64,000 nucleotides of DNA from Guillardia theta CCMP2712 (taxonomy: Eukaryota; Protista; Cryptophyta), in the NCBI RefSeq assembly GCF_000315625.1, contig NW_005434635.1, positions 124,001 through 188,000 on the forward strand. Reading direction: 5' to 3'. The notes beneath the pieces were generated by a model. The model made no database searches and had not been told where the DNA came from. It saw only the letters and a program-made list of their open reading frames with translations. This document shows, in pieces, positions 54,306 through 64,000 of this stretch (positions are counted from its first letter, which is position 1; each line of letters starts with the position of its first letter). The position numbers were made by a program, and so were the translations under genes.

Positions 54306-54479
54306 TAACGTCTGTAATCTACTTTTGTACGATAAAGTCGCATGTACACTTAACCTTGGACGGCGGGCAGTTGACTGGAGTCCGGGTGTGACCGCTACCC
54401 CGCATTCTCAAGCGTGACTTCAATATCGCCGCACTGCGGAATGTCCGGTCGGATCACAAGTCAAGTTTACGCTGCATTG

Positions 54480-54720
54480 GCAGCGGGGCGCCGGCGCCGT
54501 CCTCCCCCCCCGATCCTGCCGGTGCATTCAATTATTGCACTGTGACTGTACGGTCACATTCACGCGGGCGCAGTGGGCGCACGGCACTGCGGCACGCCGG
54601 GCCGGGCCGGGCCGGGCCGGGCCGGGCCGGGCCGCCCTCCCCCCGGGGACCGGCCGGTGGCGTTCGGCGCCGGAATCGCCGGTCACTGCAGTGCACGGAG
54701 TCCAAGCGGCCCGTCGGGAA
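54480..54720. repeat. GC-rich palindromic island including (GGCCG)n
   Basis: About 6 GCCGG units at about 54596-54633. Adjacent to the retroelement 3' end. Confidence 0.65.
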
Positions 54721-54762
54721 GAACCCTCTCAGTGGAAGACCGTCGACTCCGAAACGTTGGCA

Positions 54763-56100
54763 CTTTACTCAAAGTTAAGTTAAAAATCAGTACGAGGACA
54801 ATCAGGAGAGTCGAGGAGGCTTGACCCTGACACTGTCGCACAGGCCAAACGGCGAGAAGAGAAAAGACAGCGAGAACCAAACCCAATCCTGCCGACTGCT
54901 GTCCCCCAAACTTAACTGATACCTTCACTTAACGGCGCGCAGGACAAGTCCCCCGCGCGGCCATGCCAGCGATGTCGCGGTGGCCGCCGCCGAAGGAATG
55001 AGACGCATACCGGGATGCACCCGCGATGATGGCAGCGTAGGACAGGGAGGCCTTGAGCTGACGAAAGATCCTGGACCGAATGCGTTTGCAAGTCGGATCA
55101 CCTGAGACGTCTTGCGAGGCCGAGAGACCATCCAGCGCTGCCGTTTCCTTGTTCGCCGAGCGATCCGCCAGCCACCACAGAAAGCGCAACGCATCGTCCT
55201 GCAAGAGGCCATCAGTGCTGGCGATGATGGGAAGAAAGGCCTTTGGCGGGACGTGCTGAGCATATGCATTACGATGCCCTCGGATCTTCCGCTGTGCTGC
55301 CGCTTGCAGTTTGCTCCGAGCGAGGTCCGGTATTCCATCATTGTCAAAAACATGTGACATGCTGAAGTCCAGGATTAACCCATGCCATCCGCCGCCAGTA
55401 GCCATCAGTTGTGGAAGTTCAAAGTCCCCTACATGATGATCTTCAGGGCCATGCTGGGAAACGTTCTGCCTGGTGCCGGGTACGCCTTGCACGTGGACGC
55501 GGCATCTCACTCCGGAATCTTTGATGAGGGTACTGAGAACGGCATTCGGATTCCGCTCTTTTCCACTGACTTGGCAGCAGGAATGAATCGCCCCCCTCTG
55601 GTGTATTCCTCGAGGAAAGCGCCCGAAGGGATTCCCAGCGCGATCGGCTTCAATATGAGGTTAATGTATCGCTGTTTGTGATCATCATGCAGTCTGAGAA
55701 TGTGTCGCAGGTGCTGGAATGGTCGCCAACCAAATTGATCAGGGGCCGAGGAAGCAGTGAATCGCCGCAGGAATTTCCCTACCTCTCGCTGATCTAAAAT
55801 CTTGTCAAGCAATGAGGCCGGTTCATCGGCGATGGCATCGTCGAGCTGAGCACTTAGCATTTGCCTTGAGGAGCCGACTGCGTCTAGGAGCGTTGGAGGA
55901 ATGGGGTCCAGTCTCGTCGGAAATTTCTCACGAGTTTGCTGCCATAGCTGCTCAAATGGATCTGGGGAGAGGCCATGGCCCACAAGCGCCTGTCGAGCTT
56001 TCTTCATATCCCGATTTTGGTAATGCTCAACAGCCGAGAGGATTTTCTCGGCTGTTGGCAAGTTGAACCCTGAGTTGACCCGGCCGCCGAGTTGACCAAA
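54763..56100 (-). mobile_element. Internally deleted, 5'-truncated CRE-like (RLE-class) non-LTR retrotransposon
   Basis: SAPDQFGWR..HLR...GGRFIPAAK...GIR (RT motif 0/1 region) joins at about 55547 to NAVLSTLIKDSGV...GD...LDFS..H...AAAQRK...Y...FLPIIASTDG..ALRFL (RLE domain). No introns. Confidence 0.8.
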
Positions 56101-56516
56101 GGCTTAATGTATGAGCGGGGACGAGGGCAAAGATCTCAAAGATTTCCTCGAAATAGCTCAAAATGTTTTTAGTCAATCAATGTAATCTACACTCACCCCA
56201 CCCCCTCGTTGCTATGGATAGTGCTAAGGTGGTAGGGTACTCTCCATGATATTTTTCTCTACCCCCCCTTTTTCCTTAAGTACCCCCTCATTTGACTATT
56301 AAAGTACCCTATATTCAACGCATCCTTGTACTACCCCACCCCTCGAGATCGCGTCCCATCGGCGCCATCCACGTCCGTCAAGGCGAGGCAGCATTCTGCT
56401 CGACCTCGTCCCTCCTCCAGACGTCGGCTGCTCCCCTTGGACCCTCTCGCTCCCCAGTACAGACGCTCACCTCTCCTCTTGCTGCTCAGTTGAGATAGGA
56501 CGCTGTCTCGGCAAAG

Positions 56517-57140
56517 ATGCGAAACCCTGACCTGAGGAAAGAGGACGCCAAACCTCAGTTTCGAGATGAAGACTTCGATTTCGGATCCAAGAAGAAGCAG
56601 ATGCTCGGTAGTCAAGGGCAGATCATAGAGCTTGAAGGGCAAGATGACGCAAAGTCCGAACCTCCCAAGCAGTTCAAGGCACAAATAGCCGGAACTGAAC
56701 AGAAGCCGGGAAAATGGATGATGGACATGCTATCAACAGAATACACAGTATACAAGTTTACGATCGGTTTCGGAAAGCACAAGTGGGAGATAAGCAAGCG
56801 ATTCTCTGACTTTGACAAGCTAGACAATAGGGTATCTTCACTCTCCCTGTGCATTATCGCATGATTGACACGTTCACAGCTGAACGACAAATTTGGACTT
56901 CCCCCTGTCGGGTTGCCGCCGAAGAAGTGGTTTGGGTTGGCTGACCCAGAGTTAATCCTAGAGAGGCACAAGATTTTGCTGACCTACATCAATGATTGTT
57001 TGAAACGCCCTGTTCTCCTGCACAGCAGAGAACTGCAACAGTTTGTCGACATGCCGCCAGAGGTCCGCACCGATTGCTAACTTGACCATGGATCTCACGA
57101 GCATGAGCAGGTGGTTGATATCGTCACAAAAGGCAAGTAA
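56517..57140 (+). CDS. PX (phox homology) domain protein, 3 exons
   Basis: YTVYKF...WEISKRFSDFDKL...LPPKKWFG...ILERHKILLTYINDCL...LQQFV. Confidence 0.85.
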
Positions 57141-57324
57141 TCGAGCTCTGGTTGGAACAAGAGTTCAGTTGTGAGGGGTTCAAAATTCAAAGCGAGTTGT
57201 GAGGGACAAAGTGAATGTGTACAATGGATCAGGATATGGAGCCCTGAACATCGATGCTGTCATTGATTTCTCGAAATATTGCTGAGGATAAAATCTTCAA
57301 CCTTAGCCCAAAATGCTCCAGATC

Positions 57325-58408
57325 CTAAAGGCAGCCATGTAACAAGGTTCCGACATTCAAGTACAACTTGATACCTTCGTCTTTGTGCATGGAATGCCCG
57401 CCTTTCGCAACCCACACGATCTTGAATCCCTGCCCGCGTTCAAGCTTCAGGAATGATGCACGTGCAAGCTGCACGACTCTTACGCTCTGTTCTAGCAGAG
57501 TTGCAGAAGAAAATCTGCCAAAGTTCTTCTCCCCATACATCACCATCATTGGTAATCCCCCATCCTTTGAACACAAGGCATCAGAATGTTGATCACGCAC
57601 AGCTCGTGTTTCTCCCATTGTTTACCTTCAGAGCCTTTATTCTGGGCAAAAGTTCCCCTGAGCAGGATATCTCCACTAAATCTTTGGAGCTTGCATACCT
57701 GATAAATGGAATCACCTTTAATTGACAAAATTATGCTTGGCTTCTTTTCCAGCATGATTCTTACTCACATTGCAAAGTCCATCGCTTCTTTTTCGTCGGA
57801 ATGAGGGCTAACTTTAGGACAGCCTTTTTCAAGAATCTTTTTTGAGCCAAAACAATCATCTTCGTTGATGTTGCCCTCCTTCCGAAACGAGATCAGTAAA
57901 GGATTGATTCCGAGATACTTACTTCATATATCAAACCATTTAAAGTGATGTCCCGATTTTCACGAATGATCTTTTCACAGAGTTCGATAGCAATAGGCCC
58001 ACCCAGTGAGTGGCCAATGATGAATACATTCTTGACTCCTTGCTCCGACAAAATCTGGTGAATGGAATCTGCCTGTGACTTCATGGTATATGGCTCGAAA
58101 TCGAGAGGCTTACAACTCATCCCATGACCTGCGAGGTCCGGAATGATCCAATTTACTTCATCCAGTAGTCTCTGGGAGGGCAAGCACGTGCTGGAATCGG
58201 ATCCCAGACCATGAATGAACAGCGCATGATTTCTCGAAGCCATGTTTCCGAGCTTGCGGTAATGCATGTTGCCAAATCTTGTACTGACATTTTGATCAAG
58301 AGACGCCTTGGTAGGTTGTCGCAAGACGGAGCGCCATGAGAAAGCACGTGGCAGGCTCAGCAGCAGATACGCCCATCCCCAACCCCGCACAGCAAGCTTG
58401 TTGAGCAT
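57325..58408 (-). CDS. Alpha/beta hydrolase, multi-exon
   Basis: LFIHGLG, PDLAGHG, IIGHSLGG nucleophile elbow, and GGHSMH (catalytic His). Confidence 0.85.
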
Positions 58409-58754
58409 TTCGTTCGACCCCAACCCCCCCTAATTCATCACCCCATAAAACTATATTTCATGTAGGGGTGGAGTGTGAGGGTGGTGGTGGTGAGGTTTGA
58501 TGTGAGGAGTCAGCCCGGCCCAGAGCAATGCGAGCGAAGGCGGGAGAGGATGGGGCAGGAGGGACGAAGAGAGAGTAGAGGCGAGCAGCATCAGGCAAGG
58601 AAGTGATCGGAGAGCTACACGAGAGTGAGCAGGAGAAGTGGGAGATCTGAGGAAAACAGTGAAGTGACAGACTCGGACCTGGGGAGCGGATCAGCAAACA
58701 AAAGAACCGGCGACAAGGGACAAGCAGCTGCTGTGTTGATCACAAGGGCAAGAC

Positions 58755-59402
58755 ATGGCAAGGGCATACTTGTTGTCCTGCTTCCTCTGCCTTCACATGC
58801 TCTCAACATCGGAAGGGAGATGGCAGTGCGTGTGGGATAGCGAGATGGTCAACATCCACTGTGAGCCCGCATCAAATCAGAGCTGCATCGCCACAGACGA
58901 GCAGCGATGCTGCCAGAAGCATGAAAATGGCGTTCTGAGAGTTTCCTGCTGCCCTTGTCCGCCTGCCACGTACGAGAAGCGAACTTCTGGCAGCTCCTAC
59001 GGTGTCTGCGTTTCCTGTCCTGCAGGGAAGTTTTCAAGCGAAGGAGGAGAGTGCTTTGCATGCGACTGGGGCAAGTACAGCTCTGCAGGAGCGACAGCAT
59101 GTACAAACTGTGAGTCAGGGAAGTTCAGATTCTGGATGGGGGGAACGACATGCAATGACTGTCCCGTAGGGAAGTTTGGATTACAGACTGGAGCAAGGTG
59201 GCCAGATGTTTGCGTGAACTGCAGGCCAGGAACGTACTCTAACGCCAGCGGCTCTACCTCTTGTGCGGAGTGCGACGCGGGAAAGTTCAGCACAACCCCT
59301 GGTGCTGCGAGTATCGACACATGCTCTTTGTGCCCAGTTGGAAAAACCAATTATGAGAAAGGTTCCATTTCTTGCTCAGTTCCTCTGAGCATTTCTTATT
59401 GA
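58755..59402 (+). CDS. Secreted cysteine-rich protein with GCC2/GCC3 (ephrin-receptor-like) repeats
   Basis: Signal peptide. Repeated CPAGKFS / CDWGKYS / CESGKF / CPVGKF / CRPGTYS units. Confidence 0.8.
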   Translation: MARAYLLSCFLCLHMLSTSEGRWQCVWDSEMVNIHCEPASNQSCIATDEQRCCQKHENGVLRVSCCPCPPATYEKRTSGSSYGVCVSCPAGKFSSEGGECFACDWGKYSSAGATACTNCESGKFRFWMGGTTCNDCPVGKFGLQTGARWPDVCVNCRPGTYSNASGSTSCAECDAGKFSTTPGAASIDTCSLCPVGKTNYEKGSISCSVPLSISY

Positions 59403-59491
59403 TGGAGCGACACACACATGCTTGCTTACTTTGTAGTTCTTTAATTCAAATTGATTTTGTGCGCCTGGATGGCACTTGGCATGAACTTCCT

Positions 59492-61826
59492 TTACGCTGT
59501 CCCCCTGATCTTTGCCACTGCTTCACGCACCTGTAGGAAAACAGCTGTCAGTGTCGCTTCACCATCACACTGGCGATGATAGCATACCTGACTGAAGGTC
59601 GGCCTTGCCGAAGGGTTGTTGTCCCAGCAGCGTTGAATGAGGGCCGAGATCCCCGGGGGACAGGAAGGCGAGATGGGCGGGCCTGTGAAATGATAAGGAG
59701 GGGAGGATGATCGCGTGACGTGTCGGTCACTCACGGATATGGCGATGGAAGACGTTCTTGCAGATACCCATCTGATCGAGTCTTGTCTCCATGTAGGGAG
59801 TGGAGCAATGGAAGAGCTCCCAGAGCAAGATGGCGTAACTGAAAACGTCGACTGTCCTGTCGTACTCCTTGGGCATGCCCAGGAGGTTTGAAATGACCTC
59901 AGGTGCCATCCACTGAGGAGTGCCACAGGCATCTGTTGCCAGAGGCGCTGGAGTACACATCCCAAAGTCAGCAACCTTAGCAACGAGATCCTTGGAAAGG
60001 AAAACGTTCCTGAGAGAATCTCAGCGAGAATTGAAAAGAGCACAAGGGACGTACAGGGACTTGATGTCGCGATGCATGTACCCCAGCGAATGGATCACCT
60101 CGAACCCTGTAGCACACTCTTCCGCGAGTCTGAGCGAGGTGGCAGTGTCGAACTTCTTCCTTCCCTTGCTGTAGAAGTCATAGATAGATCCGAGATCGCA
60201 AAGCTCTGTCAAAATCAAGATCCCGCCATCTTCGAGTGTTGTCTTCGCGCCCAGCAGATAGTGACAATTTGGATGGTCAAGCTTGAGGAAGAAGTCAACT
60301 TCATCGATGGTTTCCTGAACTGTCCCGGCATCCGGGGCTCCAATGAGTGTCTTTCCTGCACATGACATTCCATCATAGGTTCCAAGGTGGACAGTTCCCT
60401 GGCCTCCCTGGCCAAGAAGCTTGCCCTTGGAGAACTTGGCTGGCACAACATGGTGAATACGAGCGGGCCTGGCATCCTTCTTTGCCACTGGAATCGACAC
60501 CAAATTCGGCTGAACAACTCGCTTTTCTGGATGATAGTTGTCGGGATTATACATGCCATCGGGACATGTAAGCGCATATAAGAACTTCATGAATCTCACT
60601 ACATCCAGCGCATCTCGTCCTTGAGTTGCCGAACTCTTGTATGAGTTGCTGGCGAACAAGGATGGAACTCTGTCTGGGATAACTCCAAAAAGGTCTCGGC
60701 AAAAGTTTTGAACCTCATCAAGCGTGAGGCGAAGGTTCTTGTCCGTGTCGTACTTGCGATAGAACGAATGAATGTCAATAAATGCTTTCTTGACCTTCTG
60801 GGCGCCAGTGGTATCCTCCACAAGGTCATGATAGGATCCATTCTGAGTCATCATGAAAGAAAGATATACGAACTCGTAGAAATCCAACGAGCCAGAGCCA
60901 TCCAGGTCTACTTGAGAATATGCGTACTCCAGCCTCGAAAGGATGTTGACCTTCTCCTGGGCAGTTCGAGCAGCCGGAAAGCCTCGAGTGATCTCATCGT
61001 AATCAACAACATTGTCCTTGTTGGTATCGAAATGCTTGAAATCCTGCTCCAGAACCTTGTAGGCTTCGCTGAGCTCCTTCCAGAAGGCGCTGCTCTCACC
61101 CACATTTCCGCTCGAAAAGCTTCTGGTAAGCTTTAGGCCTGTTCTTGAGTAGGTGCCCTTCAACGCAGATCCCGGGTATTTGCACATGACGTCGTACAGC
61201 AAGTACATGAACTTGGGAAAGCTGAGCTCCGAAGTCTGCATGCAGAGTCATCATTCTCGAAACAAACACAACGATCGGAGCATGACAAAGGGAACAAGAA
61301 CGAAGGCTACCTGTCGTTGGTTCTCGGGGTAGACGAAATCAACGACGGTTTTGTACACTCCCGACTGAACGGCAACAGGAATATGATCCGTGAAGAACGC
61401 AGTGAGCTCGTTGATGTTCAAAGTCCTGTTCCGATCGACATCGTACTTGATCATGGCCTGCTCCATCAGCATGAATGCCTTGGAAACGATGTGTGCGTTC
61501 TGTTGATTTCGGAAGAAGCATGAATAATTTCCTTGATCTACCCACAGATATAACAAACACAAAAATTCAGAGAAGTCAAGGGTTCCGTTTCCATCCAAGT
61601 CCACTCTCTTGAACAAGGCTTGCAGCTTTTCGGATTCCACGAAGCCCGCCATGGCAAGCTTTCTCTCCAACTCGAAGTACATGAGCGTTTCCGCTTCATC
61701 TGCATCGTACGAGTGGAAGCGAAGCTCTAGCAGTTTGAAAGCCTCTAGCAACAAGGATGCGAGAGTGTTGTCCTTGGGATTTGCGACGTACTCATCGTTC
61801 GGTATGTATTGATGCCACTTCCACAT
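59492..61826 (-). CDS. Multi-EF-hand plus TKL-group protein kinase (5' end may extend further)
   Basis: EF loops DLDGNGTLDFSE, DVDRNRTLNINE, DTNKDNVVDYDE, DLDGSGSLDFYE and DTDKNLRLTLDE. Kinase GQGGQG, HRDIKSLN, DFG, GTPQWMAPE, DVFSYAILLWE and CW..NPSARP. Confidence 0.88.
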
Positions 61827-63050
61827 CTAAAAGCACGTCAGTATCACCTTCGAACCCATCAATCTACTCTACTTCACTGTTGAGCTCAACTGCGGTGCGT
61901 TGCACCGCAAAACTCCTTGTACTACTCACTCATCTCCAACGAATGTTCATTCTTCAAGACACAGCGCTTGCTGCCTGCGTTGTGCCGATTCTACTGACTC
62001 CTATCTCCACCGACCCCGCCATTCATCCTTGGACTCATCGTCTCCTGCTCCTGTTTCCTTTCTGGTCCCTTTCCCCACCCATGACATCAAAATGCCGGTG
62101 ACTCGTCTCTCTGCTGCTTACCACCCTCCTACCCCACTCAAAATTTCACCCCACCCAGGCATTTCAATCATTTATCTTCAGATTTGCAGAGTACCCTTTT
62201 ATATTCTGGTAAAACACCGGGTAGTCGCCCATCAGTCAGCACCCCAGCCAAAGTGGATAAATTGAAGAAATCAACCCCAACCCCCCCAAAATCAACATAA
62301 AGTAAACAATCCCCACTCCCCCTGCACTCAAGAACCCCACCTACCCTCTTCCCCTGCTTTCACGTGTTCTAGTAGGGGTCTTCTCACTTTTGAGTAATAA
62401 CCGTCAGATAACCACTTGCTCCGCAGGCCGTAACGTACACGTGATGGAGATATTGCCAGTGAGCCCTGGGCGGCTTTTGAAGTATATTTCAAGTAGTCAA
62501 TCTAATTTTCAAATAGTGAGATTAATTCTATGTAACACCGTCGATAATAACCCGCCAAACTTTCAGGTCTCATTAGGTCAAGTGTGGATGCAGCGATTTG
62601 CCAATTAACTTAAATGATTAACCGTTCGCATATATCCATTTAATTGTAATAAGTGTTGTAATTAATAAAAGATTTAGCTTAATACCCTACCTACCATTTC
62701 CCTGCTTGTAAGGCTTATAAAGGTGGGTTCGTTCAATCGCTCCAGCTGCGAGCGGAGCACTTTACCACACAAATCTCCCTTGGGTTTTAAAAACAATAAG
62801 TGACACCTGATGATCCTGGTACCTTCGGCGATGTATCCCTTCCTAGGACACCAAGCCCTATCAGCTATGGAGGAAAAGATTGCTACAGGGGTATTCAGCG
62901 GTTCCACATTAGGGGTAGGGGTGATTGGGTGGAGGGGGTAGGGGGTGGTAGAGTCTGGGCTGCTGCGCCATGGTGTTGTGGAGAGGGAAAGAGGGAGGAG
63001 GTTGTTGAGGAAAGGCTACGACCAGGACACTTGCGAAGTAGAACAAAGAA

Positions 63051-64000
63051 ATGAGCGCCTCCAACCAACCACACGCAGCAAAACTGCTTCTGCTGATGGC
63101 TTGCTGTGTGCTATTTGCATTCAGTGTGGTCCAGGCAGCGTCGGCAAAGGCATTCATGAAAACTCCGAAGTACAGAACTATGACAATAAATACCAACAGC
63201 ACATCTTGTGCAACCAAGGATTGCGATGTTATGACTTCAAGGTCAATCACAATCAATGAACCATGTGACGAAGATCTGTATGGAATGGTATGTACACAGT
63301 CTTGCAGCATGGACAAGAACTGCAGCGGGCACGGGCGGTGTCGCGGGAAGGACGGGACGTGCAAGTAAGTAGGAGCGGACGAAGGCAGGAGAGAGGCAGG
63401 AGAGAGGCCAGGCCAGAGGGAGGGAGGGAGAGATGAGACCGCAGGCAGCAGGACAGCGCGGGAGGGGTACGGAGGGAAGGGGAGAGGGCTGAGCCCCAGA
63501 GGCGAGGGGGCAAGCAGACTGGAGGAGGCCTAGGCGGAGAGGGAGGAGGCAAGAGGAGAGGTCGACCAGGAGCAAGAGGAGGCGGCGCACAGGGGGGAGG
63601 GAGGGCGAGGGAGAGAGACATGGGATGGGGGGCTGACGAGGGAGTGGTGCAGGTGCTTCCCAGGATACACAGGAGACACGTGCTCGCAAGAGTCGTCTCA
63701 GCCCGGCCATGGAGGCGGAGCCTGCGCGAGCACGGAAGACTGCGGAGGGCCCGAGCGGGGCGAGTGCAAGCAAGGAACGTGTGTATGCAAGGAGGGCTTC
63801 GGAGGCCAGACTTGCTTGCCTTGCTCGGAGGACCAGTACGGGACCGTGTGCGGACAGGAGTGCTCGATGGACAAGAACTGCAGCGGGCACGGGCGGTGTC
63901 GCGGGAAGGACGGGACGTGCAAGTAAGTAGGAGCGGACGAAGGCAGGAGAGAGGCAGGAGAGAGGCCAGGCCAGAGGGAGGGAGGGAGAGATGAGACCGC
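63051..64000 (+). CDS. Secreted or membrane EGF-like repeat protein (runs off the window)
   Basis: Hydrophobic N-terminus. NCSGHGRCRGKDGTC repeats, C..GYTGDTC and C.EGFGGQTC. Confidence 0.8.
63309..64000 (+). repeat. Tandem exon+intron duplication, period 558 bp
   Basis: 63309-63443 is nearly identical to 63867-64000, including intron sequence. Confidence 0.9.

Noticed and set aside
17628-57140. Clathrin light chain, AP-2 mu and PX protein as a trafficking gene cluster
   Set aside because: They are about 16-19 kb apart with unrelated genes between them, which is consistent with chance.

Overview
Gene-dense eukaryotic nuclear DNA with many short (about 45-110 bp) spliceosomal introns. A signal peptide followed by a Phe-initiated plastid transit peptide on a YGGT/CCB3 gene, plus the overall style, suggest a cryptophyte alga such as Guillardia or Hanusia (inference). 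I can support about 26 protein-coding genes, mostly in alternating orientation. Recognisable ones include OGFOD1/Tpa1, clathrin light chain, PIG-Y, NDUFAF3, AP-2 mu, TMEM43, HMG-CoA synthase and CCB3, plus PX, PWWP and CAP-C domain proteins and an alpha/beta hydrolase. The most notable observations are: (1) an apparently circularly permuted, membrane-anchored pepsin-family protease whose normally N-terminal GTP-Q-F-x-V-x-FDTGS segment lies after the C-terminal lobe; (2) a PDZ-PDZ-WW-WW-PRONE (RopGEF) protein; (3) an internally deleted CRE-like RLE non-LTR retrotransposon ending in a 21-26 bp motif that recurs in or beside palindrome-rich GC islands between genes; (4) PIG-Y and NDUFAF3 only 46 bp apart in tandem, a candidate dicistron; (5) several unusual domain fusions. 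Exon boundaries were read by eye and are approximate. No database searches were run.
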